DNA of 64,000 nucleotides from an uncultured virus (IMG/VR IMGVR_UViG_3300033888_000043) (IMGVR_UViG_3300033888_000043), one strand, 5' to 3'. Counted from the stretch's first letter, positions 1 through 8,945 are shown. A program made the numbers and translations. The notes: generated from the letters alone by a model not told the origin.

Positions 1-3000
1 GGCCTATTTTGATGCCGTGTTTTTCGCTGGCGGTGCCCTTCTCTTTGACGATGGCATCCTTGAGCGCCATGAGCTGACCGGGCGTGGGGCGCTCAGTCGC
101 CAGGACGGCGCGGAGCGCGTTAGCGATACTCTCGGGCAGGCCCGCGTAGATTTCGGCCATGGTGCGGCCTGGGGTCTGGGCGGTCGGTTGCGGCGCGAAC
201 AGTTGGCGCAATGCTCCACGCTGGGCATTCTCCAGCGGGAGCGGCTCGGGATTCAGGACGGAGCGGATGCCGTTGCGGATGATTTCTACCGCCCAATGCG
301 GTTTGTTGAAGTCCACCTGTGCCGGCGCGGCAGGGTGGGGTGCAATCTTGACGCTGATGTTTCCGTTGGTCGCCATGCCGCGGTCTTTGATGGCGCGGAA
401 TGCGGCCTGGACCTGATCGAGCGGGGCGCCGGAGCTGCGCTGTACTTCGCCGACGATTGGATCTTCTGCTGGACTCGGAAGCTGCTCGGTAGCTGGTGGC
501 TTCTGAGTAGAAGGGACTGGGGGCTGGGGGCTGGGGGCTACGGGTTTTTCCTCTTCGAGGCGCGCGTTGATTCGGGCACGAATCTGGATGGCACCGCCTT
601 GAGAGCCGTCGCCAAAATCGAATTTGCCGGCATCGGGGGCTGCGGCTTTGTCATTGCGGTAGTCGAGCCATTGCTGCGCAAACCGCTGCGGACCGCCGGT
701 AAGAGACGCGACGTAATCCTCGGCAGTGACCGCCTCCGGCGTATCAGGTGGTTCACTCGGAAGTTGCTCTGAAGCTGGTGGCTTCTGAGCAGGAGCGGGT
801 TGCCCGAAAGGTTCAACCGTTACGCCTTTGAATTTCTTGATGGCCGCTCTGTTTTCCGGTGTATCCGGGGCGATCCAGGCTTTCTCTTCTTTGTTCCAAT
901 GAACACCTTGGACGTTTTGGCGGATCAGGGCTTTTACCGGGAAGGTGTTTCCTTTGATGGCAATTTGAGCGGGGCCAGCAGTCGGAGAAACTTCATATGT
1001 TGGTGCCGCCGTGGTCGCCGCCGCGCCCCCGGCTGGTTCCTGCTGTTGGGCGGGTGTGGGTGCCCGGTGCTTTCCTTGCAACCTTGCGGCTTCAGCCAGG
1101 TCTGCCGCTTTCTGCTGTTCTTTCGCGCGCCGGACCAGCTCGGGGATGTAGGCTGCGGCCTCGTCTACCATCGCCTTGTTCAGGTCGGTGCCAGTTCCCG
1201 CGCCGTTGTAATTCTTCAGCCAGATATCGTTTCCCGATTCGGTGCCGGTGCCGCGCGGGTTTCCGGCCTTGTCGAACTGCTTCAAGAAGTTCTGAATGTC
1301 GTCGCCGCCCTGGAAGTAGTCGGTATAGAAGCCTTTATCGAGAGCCGGCTCTCCCTCTTTTCCGACGCCACGATCCCTGTGCGCCATGAAACCGGCGTTC
1401 TGGGTGAGGTGCTTGTACAGCCGCTCCGTGAAGTCCTGCGAGCGCAGTCCGTTTTTCAGGAACGTGACCCACTGTTTCAGGACGAGATGTTTGTCCTTCG
1501 CGGACATAAACTTCTCGTCGGTGAAGGGGTACGCCTTCGGCTTCGGTGCTTCAATAGGGCCGGTCAGCGCCCGCCCTTCCAGCTTGATATCCGTCTGCTT
1601 CCCGTTCCTGTCTGAAAAACTGACCGTATCCAGCTTGACCTGCTGCCCCGTCACGCCTGGAACACTCAATCCGTCGTACTGCTTCCCTTCGCCCGGTTTC
1701 AAATAGGCGATGGTTACATGGGGTTGGTAGGAAGGATGCGTGTCGGTATGAGGTAGCTGACTAACCAAGGCGTTGAGCCTGTGGAGGTCCGGCGAGTCCA
1801 CGTCCACCTTGAGCACGTCGGCATCGTCGGAATGGAAGAGTGAGGCTTTACCCAGGGTTGCGGTGATGGGGCCTTCGTTGGCCAGGAGCTTTTGGACTTC
1901 AGCGGGGTCTTCGCCATGAAGACCGTACTTGACGGTGATGTGGGGTTCGGTCTCCCGGCCCGTGCTGCCCGTTCCGCCTGCGGTAGCATGTCCAGCTTCG
2001 GGCGCCAGCTTCTTAGCCGGAATGGTCTTACCAAAGTTGATTACGGCTTTGGATGCAGGGCCAGAGAGGTTGGCTTGAGTGCTTGCAAAATCAAAAGGCT
2101 CAGCGGGTTGCGCCCCGGTTTTGTCAGAAGGTCTGATATTATCAGACGGGTTTGCAGCCTGCGGAGACGAAACCTCCGGTTTCTTCCCCGCACCCCCTTC
2201 TTCCCCTAAGGCCTGCATCGCGGGCGTTTCGTTCCCCAGCAGGTGCGTGCTCAGCGGCCCAAATTCAGTTCCCTCGGGCAGCGCGGCCCATTGCGCGAAG
2301 TTGTTCCGGCTTGGGACCCAGTCGTGTCCATTCTGGTCGCGGACGGTAATGCGCGGTGCCGTCCGGTCTTTCTGATGATCCGCGCGAATCACCGTCATTG
2401 GGCCGTTGGGGCTGTCGATGGTCTGGCCAAGTTTCAGTTTGCCCCACTGTTCCAGTGCGGCGGCTGGGGTAAGATGATGCGGATCGAGCGGGACGTTCTC
2501 GAAAGCCTCTGTCTTGTGGTTGTAGACCAGGACCGTGCCGGCGTCTTGAGCGGGCAATCCATCGCCTGCTGGGAAGGCTTCGCCGGGTCGAATGGTAATC
2601 TGCGGTAGCTGCTGCGCTGAAAACTGCCCTTCCGGTTGATTCGCAACAGGTTCGGGCATGCTGCCCGGTTGGGAAATCGCGGTAGCGCCCGGTAGCCGCT
2701 GCATGGCACCCGAGGGTCTACCAGCCACGGGCGCGGCTGCGACCGGGGCGGCACCAACATATCCGGCTTGTCCTGGGCTGGCGGAGTAGTTACCCGGAGT
2801 AGTTACTATTTGCTCCCCATCTGGTTGATTCTGCGGCTGTTTCGGCAGATTATCCCACGCTGTATCTGCATGCCTTGCTATGAACACTCCGTCTTTGGAC
2901 GTGTTCATAACTGGGGTCATTTCCATGGCTTGCGGATCGATTCTCCACATGGCTGTGGGCCCCATGTGCTGCCGCTGCAACATGGCCGGGGTCGAAATTT

Positions 3001-5608
3001 CTCCCGATGCCGGCGCGCCGTTGGCAAACCACGCCTGCGCGGTATGCACGCCGATCGAATGCGTCAGGAGCAAAGGCTTCTCACCCGGCCGCCACGCATC
3101 GATGGCCTGCTGGAGGCCTCCGATAAACCGGCTTCTGAAATCGTTGAACGACTCCCCGCCCGGGACAGGCTCATCCGGCTTGTTGGCGATGTAGTCGTTG
3201 ATCCGGTCATTCACGTCCGACTGCCGTTGGCCGGCGAAGTCGCCCAGGTTCCAGGGCGCCAGGGCGTCATTCACCGCCGGCTGGACGCCGGCGTCGGTCT
3301 GCTCCGCGATGCGCCGCGCCGTCTGCATCCCGCGGGCCATGGGCGTCGCTTCAATCGACGTAACGCCTTTGGTATTCAGGGCGAGCTTATCGGCGTCCGC
3401 TTCGCCGGTGAGGGTGAGCGGCTTGTCGATGTTGCCGGTAACGATGTCTTCGGTTTCGGGGTGATTCGGCCCTACAGCACCTTGGCCTGATACCCCGCTG
3501 CCTGCAGGTTGGCCCACAGCAGGTCCGCCTGCTCCCGGTTGGGCAGATCCAGGTAATGCTCCGGGCTGGTTCCCTGCTGGTAGAGACGGCTCACGTCCAG
3601 GAGTTCCTTGAGTGCCTGGAACTGGTGGGGCTTGCGGAGGTTGCTGATCTGTAGTCGGATTGGCATTGGGGACTCCTGCTTGCGGTTCGGCACCTTGCTG
3701 CGGAGCGCCCGGGGCGGCAGCAACACCTGAAGATTTATCTTTATTTTCCGGGGTAATACTATTCAGAAAGGCGTTAACTGACAATCTCAGTTTTGCAATT
3801 TGTCCACCTGGCTGTTGATGCTCAAAATCCACCATGCCGTTTTTAACTGATTTGACGGTCGCTATTGCATTGGCCATGGGATAGGATTGACCAACTTGAG
3901 GGGCTGCTGCTTCGGAAGTGGAGGCTGGGGCGGTTTCGAATCCAGGCGGGGGCGGTGGGGTTTGCGGGCGCTCGCCGATCGGCATCTGCGTTCCGGATGC
4001 ACCCAGGCGCGCGCGTAGCTTTTGGATCTCGCTGAGTCTGGCGTCGGCATCCTGCATGGCCGCCTCGGCGAAGACATCCCGCTGTCCGGAGTTGCGGGCC
4101 TTATCTGCAGCCGACTGCGCTTCGGCGCGCTCCGCCACGATGTCGCTGTAACGCTGATCCAGGCTGGTGCTTACGGTTTCGGCTGAATTGGCCGCCGGGA
4201 CCGCCCCGTGCGCGCGGAGGTAGGCGCTGACACTGCCAGCATTTCCGGCCATGACTGTCTCGCCCGTAGCCGTGTTGACCAGCTTAAACTGCGACCGCGG
4301 CACGGACGCGGAGCTGGTGATGGGGGTAGCGCCCGCGTATTCAATAGAATGCAGGACGCCGTTGACGGTGACAGGCACGGGATCTGCAAAGGCGCGAGCG
4401 AGAGGAGCGGCGGCCTGCCCCTGCACCTGTTCCGCCTGCTTGGCCCATACCTGGGCGGCCAGATTCTCGCCCGCTTCGGCGAGCCGCGCGGCTTCCGCCT
4501 GAGCGGTGAAATACCTGTTTTGCTGTTGTGCCGCAGCGCTGAATACGTGCGGGTTGCCGGCCGCGTCGGCGATGACACGCGGGACAGAGGTTTCGGCGGG
4601 CACGCCGCCGACCGGGTACTTACCGGCGGTTTCAGCCACCTCGCGCGCGCCCCATGTGCCGGCACCAGCGGCCACGGCTAGGGAAGTGAGGGCTTCGACC
4701 GTCTTCACGCGGCGGGTTTGCGGATCGTCGGTCTGGTAGGCCTCATGCCCGGCTTCAACGGCACCGGTTAAGGCATTGCCTGTCACGAGCGCAGGCACGG
4801 CGCCGGACGCGGCCATATCGAAGGCCTTTTGCACTGCCGGGGCCGTGTTTTTCAAGGCCTCCGCAACCTCCGGCAACTTGGCCGCCATCTTGATGGCATT
4901 CGCGCCGTACCCCGTGGCCAGCATCATGGCCAAATTTTCGGCGCTGAGGAATCCGCCAGCGGTATTGACTACGGCTTTGACGGTATCGAGCGGAACCGGA
5001 GTGACGCCGCCGCCAAGGTTCGGCAGCGGGACCATTTTCAAATCGTCGCCTGGAGTGATTGGATAGGCCGCTTCTCCGGTGAATGCGCGCACTAGGGGCT
5101 TGGCGAGGTAGTCGGAAACCGGGGCCGGAAGTGCGGTGACGATGGGTTCCGCCAACTGGCGGACGCCGCCCATGACGGTCCCATTGGGGTTGGCCATCAT
5201 GGCAACGGCCTGATCGCCAGAGACACGGCCAATCTTTGAGGAGATGAGCGGTGGACGGGTCGCCGGCGTCTCGTCAGTCTGAATCTGCGGACCGGTGCGA
5301 GGCTGAGTTGTAGCAGGCTGGAAATCTCCAGCTTCTTCCGCACCTTCCCTTGCACCCCGCTCTGCCGCGGTCTGCAATTCTGCGGCGCTGCTTGGGCGGA
5401 CGGCTTGATCGACGGATGGGTAGCCCGTTTGGGCAGGCTTCGCCTGGGAAGTCTCAAAGCCTGAAGGCGGCGGGGGAATTTCGAAGCCGGAAGGTGGGGG
5501 AGGGATAGCGGACGCAGTACTGCCGCTGGCCTCAAAACCGGATGGAGGCGGGGGAATTTCGAAGCCGGAAGGGGGAGGGGGGATTACTGAACCTGGGCTG
5601 AGACCCAT
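1..5608 (-). CDS. Large polyvalent ejection/internal virion protein (>1869 aa, 3' end outside window)
   Basis: Manually translated from ATG at 5608 (MGLSPGSVIPPPPSGFEIPPPPSGFE...) to position 2 with no stop. Last of three ejection-type genes. Contains a His-phosphatase-like domain (~2850-3465), a 2H phosphoesterase (~1580-2100), an FMSAKDK..LYKHL..GFY domain (~1090-1540) and a KGNTFPVK..W..EEKAW domain (~830-970), joined by P/Q/A-rich linkers. Confidence 0.88.
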   Translation of the reverse strand, partial: MGLSPGSVIPPPPSGFEIPPPPSGFEASGSTASAIPPPPSGFEIPPPPSGFETSQAKPAQTGYPSVDQAVRPSSAAELQTAAERGAREGAEEAGDFQPATTQPRTGPQIQTDETPATRPPLISSKIGRVSGDQAVAMMANPNGTVMGGVRQLAEPIVTALPAPVSDYLAKPLVRAFTGEAAYPITPGDDLKMVPLPNLGGGVTPVPLDTVKAVVNTAGGFLSAENLAMMLATGYGANAIKMAAKLPEVAEALKNTAPAVQKAFDMAASGAVPALVTGNALTGAVEAGHEAYQTDDPQTRRVKTVEALTSLAVAAGAGTWGAREVAETAGKYPVGGVPAETSVPRVIADAAGNPHVFSAAAQQQNRYFTAQAEAARLAEAGENLAAQVWAKQAEQVQGQAAAPLARAFADPVPVTVNGVLHSIEYAGATPITSSASVPRSQFKLVNTATGETVMAGNAGSVSAYLRAHGAVPAANSAETVSTSLDQRYSDIVAERAEAQSAADKARNSGQRDVFAEAAMQDADARLSEIQKLRARLGASGTQMPIGERPQTPPPPPGFETAPASTSEAAAPQVGQSYPMANAIATVKSVKNGMVDFEHQQPGGQIAKLRLSVNAFLNSITPENKDKSSGVAAAPGAPQQGAEPQAGVPNANPTTDQQPPQAPPVPGTQGTPGREPSLPAGNQPGALPGSAQPGAGGPAVGQPAGSGVSGQGAVGPNHPETEDIVTGNIDKPLTLTGEADADKLALNTKGVTSIEATPMARGMQTARRIAEQTDAGVQPAVNDALAPWNLGDFAGQRQSDVNDRINDYIANKPDEPVPGGESFNDFRSRFIGGLQQAIDAWRPGEKPLLLTHSIGVHTAQAWFANGAPASGEISTPAMLQRQHMGPTAMWRIDPQAMEMTPVMNTSKDGVFIARHADTAWDNLPKQPQNQPDGEQIVTTPGNYSASPGQAGYVGAAPVAAAPVAGRPSGAMQRLPGATAISQPGSMPEPVANQPEGQFSAQQLPQITIRPGEAFPAGDGLPAQDAGTVLVYNHKTEAFENVPLDPHHLTPAAALEQWGKLKLGQTIDSPNGPMTVIRADHQKDRTAPRITVRDQNGHDWVPSRNNFAQWAALPEGTEFGPLSTHLLGNETPAMQALGEEGGAGKKPEVSSPQAANPSDNIRPSDKTGAQPAEPFDFASTQANLSGPASKAVINFGKTIPAKKLAPEAGHATAGGTGSTGRETEPHITVKYGLHGEDPAEVQKLLANEGPITATLGKASLFHSDDADVLKVDVDSPDLHRLNALVSQLPHTDTHPSYQPHVTIAYLKPGEGKQYDGLSVPGVTGQQVKLDTVSFSDRNGKQTDIKLEGRALTGPIEAPKPKAYPFTDEKFMSAKDKHLVLKQWVTFLKNGLRSQDFTERLYKHLTQNAGFMAHRDRGVGKEGEPALDKGFYTDYFQGGDDIQNFLKQFDKAGNPRGTGTESGNDIWLKNYNGAGTGTDLNKAMVDEAAAYIPELVRRAKEQQKAADLAEAARLQGKHRAPTPAQQQEPAGGAAATTAAPTYEVSPTAGPAQIAIKGNTFPVKALIRQNVQGVHWNKEEKAWIAPDTPENRAAIKKFKGVTVEPFGQPAPAQKPPASEQLPSEPPDTPEAVTAEDYVASLTGGPQRFAQQWLDYRNDKAAAPDAGKFDFGDGSQGGAIQIRARINARLEEEKPVAPSPQPPVPSTQKPPATEQLPSPAEDPIVGEVQRSSGAPLDQVQAAFRAIKDRGMATNGNISVKIAPHPAAPAQVDFNKPHWAVEIIRNGIRSVLNPEPLPLENAQRGALRQLFAPQPTAQTPGRTMAEIYAGLPESIANALRAVLATERPTPGQLMALKDAIVKEKGTASEKHGIKIG
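995..1040 (+). repeat. Dispersed ~50-bp element, copy 1 (inside polyvalent gene linker)
   Basis: ATATGTTGGTGCCGCCGTGGTCGCCGCCGCGCCCCCGGCTGGTTCC matches the copies at 2719, 8307, 8892 and 25571. Confidence 0.8.
2719..2769 (-). repeat. Dispersed ~50-bp element, copy 2 (linker after His-phosphatase domain)
   Basis: Reverse complement reads AAGCCGGATATGTTGGTGCCGCCCCGGTCGCAGCCGCGCCCGTGGCTGGTA. Confidence 0.85.
3472..3666 (-). CDS. Candidate nested 64-aa protein in an alternative frame of the polyvalent gene
   Basis: AGGAG 6 nt before ATG; product MPIRLQISNLRKPHQFQALKELLDVSRL... looks globular while the host frame is a low-complexity linker. Confidence 0.5.
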   Translation of the reverse strand: MPIRLQISNLRKPHQFQALKELLDVSRLYQQGTSPEHYLDLPNREQADLLWANLQAAGYQAKVL

Positions 5609-7602
5609 GCTTTACCGTTCCATTCCATAACCGCGCCAGTGGTGCGATTGAAGGCACGTGCTTGAGGTTTCTGGTTGGCCCAGGCCTGGAGTTTATCGAC
5701 GTCAATTTTGGAGGGTGGCGTCTGGCCGCTGGGTGCTGCCGAAGCTGAAGGCTGACCGCTGGGCGCGGCTGCTGCTGGGGCGGCCGGCTTGGCGCCTGGC
5801 GCGTACTTGCCCCAGCCTTGCTTGGCTTGGAGCTCGTCGGATTGGCCGTGCGCATCGAGCGCCGCTTGCCGCGAGGTGTCGGCGTTGACCTTCATCTCTT
5901 CGCGCACCGTGGAATTCATGGTGCGCATGGTGCCGGTCTTGGGATCGCCGAATTGCTGGCCGTCGGGGGTGGAGGCGGCGATGTTGTACTTCCTATTGAG
6001 GCCCCAGGCCTGGATTTCCGCAGCGTCGGCTTTGTTTTTGGCCGCGAGGTCCTGGCGGACTCCAGACTGATTGTTGGCTGCCCGGTCTGCTGCGGTGGCT
6101 GCCCTGTCTGCGGCAATCCCGGCCATCATGGTGTGGGTGTCCGCGTTCTGCTGCCCCTGCTCGAGCTTGGTGTCTCTCTGCCCCGCTACCGTAGCTTGGT
6201 TGGCGGTGAGAGCGGCGCGAGTGATATCGTCTCCCGATTGCGGGGTTACCGGGAAGATGCCCTTGGCGAAGGAATGATTTGTTTCAGCGTCGGCCTTCGC
6301 GGCGTTGTACGCGGACAGGTCGATGGGGCCGGCGCCGGTCGGCGCGCCCTGGTTGAAGGCGGTGGCGAGCTGCTGGCCGATCTGGCCCAGCATCTTCTGC
6401 TGGTATTCGGGCTTCTGCTGGGGGGCGACCAATGCGTCTTGCGCCTGGGCTTTGGCTTGCTCGCTGAATCGCACCAGTGGGAAGCCGTCCTGCGCATACA
6501 TCGGCGTTCCGTCCGGGTTACGCACCAAAAAGCCCGAAAAGTTGTTTGCGATGTCCTGCGGCTTGGCTCCTTCTCTGCGCAGAGCCATGACCGCCGTCGA
6601 AATATCCTGGTCATTGTTGCTGGTGGAGCCAAGGGTGAGGGCGTTGGTGCGCATCTTCTCGCCGGCCGTCACGTTGCCGGCGGTCACCTCTTGCAAGGCT
6701 TTCGTGTGCGCGATCTGCTCGCCGGCGATTTGCTGCGCTTTCTGGTTGGAATCGACGAGATAAGGTGCCCAGCTTGAAGCGGCTCCCATGTTGCCGGGGC
6801 CTTCGGTGGTGTAGTCCGCAGGCAGTTGCGATTCGGTAAGCATTTTGCCGCCGCTTGGCCCCGTCAGTTGCAGGGCCGCATTACGGAAGTTGCGGTACGA
6901 CTCGCTTTTTTGGGCCGGCGTGCTGTCGGGATCGCGCAAGGTGCTGACGAATGGCGTCGCGATCTGCGCCAACTGGTCTGTAGCTGACGCCTGGTTCTTT
7001 AGGGCTTCCGCGTGGTTCGCCAGCGCGGCAGTATCGTTAGCGCGCTGATTGGCCTCCATCTTATCCGCATAAAGGCCGTGCCCCATCGCCCTCAACTGTT
7101 GATAGACGTTCTGGTTGTTCACCATGGGGTAGCCTTGTATGCTCCCGAAGGTGTTTGCTTGTGTCAGCGCGGCGTGCGCCGCCTCGGGGCTTTGGGTTTG
7201 GACGGGCGGCACTGAAGTTGCCGCACCCGCTTCGCCGCCGAAGTCGCCGGAAGGCGCCACGGCACCAGCCATGCTGTTGCCGGCGACCGGGGGTGATCCC
7301 TGGGGGGTGCCCGAGGTTTGCGGACCCTGCGCGACAAGTCTGCCGTAGTCCCGCTGCGCGTTGATTTCTTCCTGCCGCTGCTGCGCCATCAAGTTCTGAT
7401 TCTGGATCTCCGCTTGGGTGAGTTGCCGCCGTGCCATGGCATCCTGGAGGCTTGCCATCTGGCCTGCGTACTGCATGGCAGACGGATACTGCGGGATCTT
7501 CACATCGAGCGGGATGGACGCATAGCTCCCGCCGCCGCCGTAACCACCGCCGTAACCTCCGCCGTATCCGCCGCCACCACCGTAACCGCCGCCTGGAAAC
7601 AT
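5584..7602 (-). CDS. Ejection/DNA transfer protein (P22 gp20-like position)
   Basis: 672 aa, A/Q-rich helical composition, GGGY repeats at N-terminus, lies between the gp7-like gene and the polyvalent gene. Confidence 0.75.
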   Translation of the reverse strand: MFPGGGYGGGGGYGGGYGGGYGGGGSYASIPLDVKIPQYPSAMQYAGQMASLQDAMARRQLTQAEIQNQNLMAQQRQEEINAQRDYGRLVAQGPQTSGTPQGSPPVAGNSMAGAVAPSGDFGGEAGAATSVPPVQTQSPEAAHAALTQANTFGSIQGYPMVNNQNVYQQLRAMGHGLYADKMEANQRANDTAALANHAEALKNQASATDQLAQIATPFVSTLRDPDSTPAQKSESYRNFRNAALQLTGPSGGKMLTESQLPADYTTEGPGNMGAASSWAPYLVDSNQKAQQIAGEQIAHTKALQEVTAGNVTAGEKMRTNALTLGSTSNNDQDISTAVMALRREGAKPQDIANNFSGFLVRNPDGTPMYAQDGFPLVRFSEQAKAQAQDALVAPQQKPEYQQKMLGQIGQQLATAFNQGAPTGAGPIDLSAYNAAKADAETNHSFAKGIFPVTPQSGDDITRAALTANQATVAGQRDTKLEQGQQNADTHTMMAGIAADRAATAADRAANNQSGVRQDLAAKNKADAAEIQAWGLNRKYNIAASTPDGQQFGDPKTGTMRTMNSTVREEMKVNADTSRQAALDAHGQSDELQAKQGWGKYAPGAKPAAPAAAAPSGQPSASAAPSGQTPPSKIDVDKLQAWANQKPQARAFNRTTGAVMEWNGKAWVSAQVQ

Positions 7603-7649
7603 AGTTGAGACTCCTTGAACTTGCTAGACTGGCTCTGAGGGATCGCTTA

Positions 7650-7895
7650 ATGGAAAGATATTGCCGCCACTGTGGCCTGGAAGTCGGTATCGGGATTGAA
7701 GACCTGCCCGCGTGCCCGCACTGTGACCGCCGACGCGCCGCCAATCCGCCGAAGTTCTGCCCCTACTGCGGTATCCATCTTGGGTTCTATGACGAACGTC
7801 TTAACCCGAGTTGCGCCAATGAACAATGCCCGCGCGTCGGAAGGCCTTTGCTTTTCTTGGTTCCAATAACGCCTGATCTGTTCGCCGTCCGGTGA
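7650..7895 (+). CDS. Small Cys-rich (zinc-ribbon) protein, antisense insert
   Basis: CRHC, CPHC, CPYC and CANEQC motifs; TAGACT upstream. Confidence 0.65.
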   Translation: MERYCRHCGLEVGIGIEDLPACPHCDRRRAANPPKFCPYCGIHLGFYDERLNPSCANEQCPRVGRPLLFLVPITPDLFAVR

Positions 7896-7900
7896 ACACC

Positions 7901-8263
7901 TTAGCTGCGGCAGATATCTTCAAGCACAGAAATCGGGATTTCCCAGTAGGGATCAAGCATCCATTGAAAGATGATCCGGCTACCGTCTGGACGCACGACC
8001 ACTTCCTCCACGCCCCTCGGCTCGTCTTGGCCGCTTTCGAGAATGCAGGCAAAGAGCCGCTGCGGTACGTTCCGATACTGGCGGTTTTTGACGATATCGA
8101 ACAAGTCCCCGAGTTTCGTCTCATTGAAGCTGTACAGGCTGGGGCCAGCACCCATGTGGAGCAGGTCCTCACGGCTGTCCATGCGGCACGAGTATTGCGC
8201 ACAGTGTGGCAGGTCGCGCAACTTGATGGTGCCTTCTGCGGGCGGTTTTAACGATCTCGACAT
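7901..8263 (-). CDS. Unknown protein, paralog A
   Basis: IKLRDLPHC ... VVVRPDGSRIIFQWMLDPYWEIPISVL aligns with 8372..8833. Confidence 0.75.
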   Translation of the reverse strand: MSRSLKPPAEGTIKLRDLPHCAQYSCRMDSREDLLHMGAGPSLYSFNETKLGDLFDIVKNRQYRNVPQRLFACILESGQDEPRGVEEVVVRPDGSRIIFQWMLDPYWEIPISVLEDICRS

Positions 8264-8306
8264 TACATTTAACCTATACTGATTACCTGATGATCCAAAA
8301 CAATCT

Positions 8307-8360
8307 GGAACCAGCGATCCGGCGCGGCTGCGACGGCGGCGGCACCAAACAATAAGGCTT
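8307..8360 (-). repeat. Dispersed ~50-bp element, copy 3
   Basis: Reverse complement AAGCCTTATTGTTTGGTGCCGCCGCCGTCGCAGCCGCGCCGGATCGCTGGTTCC. Confidence 0.9.
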
Positions 8361-8371
8361 ATACTTGAGAT

Positions 8372-8833
8372 ATGGAACCGCCAGGGAACACTGAGCCGAA
8401 GATTAAGCTGTACGCGCTGCCAAGCTGCGGGGGTTGGCACCCGCCGATCACCCGTGATCTGTTGGGCGTGGTAGAGCCAGGCGTTTACCTGCTTCCAGAT
8501 CGGAAGGTCGCCGATTTCTTCGACATCTCACAGGACAGAGTGTGGCCACAAGCGGCCCTTTGTCTGTACGGCAGCGTGATGGAAACGCCGCATGTCCCAG
8601 AGAGCCTTGGAGGATACGAAGTCAGCGTGCGCCCGGACGGCAAGCAAGTTCTGGTCGGTTGGGGCCTCGACCCCGAATGGGAGATCCCGTTATCCGTCCT
8701 TGCCGGCCTTAAAGACGTTCGGCATAGCCGCTTCGGAAACGCGGCCCGAACGGTCAGCGGCGAGCGGTGCGCATTTGGTATAGAGTCGATACGCTGTGGG
8801 CCGCAGGGCAGTCCGGCAGATCGCGCAATTTAA
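8372..8833 (+). CDS. Unknown protein, paralog B
   Basis: IKLYALPSC ... VSVRPDGKQVLVGWGLDPEWEIPLSVL; TATACT 6 nt before ATG. Confidence 0.75.
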   Translation: MEPPGNTEPKIKLYALPSCGGWHPPITRDLLGVVEPGVYLLPDRKVADFFDISQDRVWPQAALCLYGSVMETPHVPESLGGYEVSVRPDGKQVLVGWGLDPEWEIPLSVLAGLKDVRHSRFGNAARTVSGERCAFGIESIRCGPQGSPADRAI

Positions 8834-8867
8834 TGGTGGCTTCTGCGGGCGGCGCCGATGTTGGCAT
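8754..8867 (-). pseudogene. Truncated paralog C (37 aa, N-terminus only)
   Basis: MPTSAPPAEATIKLRDLPDC versus paralog A MSRSLKPPAEGTIKLRDLPHC; same upstream repeat context. Confidence 0.65.
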
Positions 8868-8891
8868 AACCCCAGTATGATCCTAAAATCT

Positions 8892-8945
8892 GGAACCAGC
8901 CGTCCGGCGCGGATGCGACGGCGGCGGCATTAAACAATAAGCCTT
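8892..8945 (-). repeat. Dispersed ~50-bp element, copy 4
   Basis: Direct repeat of 8307-8360; abuts the stop codon of 8944..10014. Confidence 0.9.

Noticed and set aside
4640..4670. Apparent frameshift in the giant ORF
   Set aside because: Re-reading (GGC ACA TGG GGC GCG CGC GAG) shows the frame is continuous, and start and end frames agree.
17..5095. Many plus-strand ORFs (17..772, 800..1615, 2768..3490 and others)
   Set aside because: Antisense shadows of the single long minus-strand ORF <1..5608 in GC-rich DNA; the same applies to most plus-strand ORFs over structural genes.
5761..5790. Partial match to the 50-bp dispersed element
   Set aside because: Lacks the ATGTTGGTG core; explained by Ala/Pro codons (KPAAPAAAAP).
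8307..8945. Direct repeats as a CRISPR array or DGR template/variable repeats
   Set aside because: Spacing is ~585 bp with genes between, there are no cas or reverse transcriptase genes in the window, and differences are not adenine-specific.
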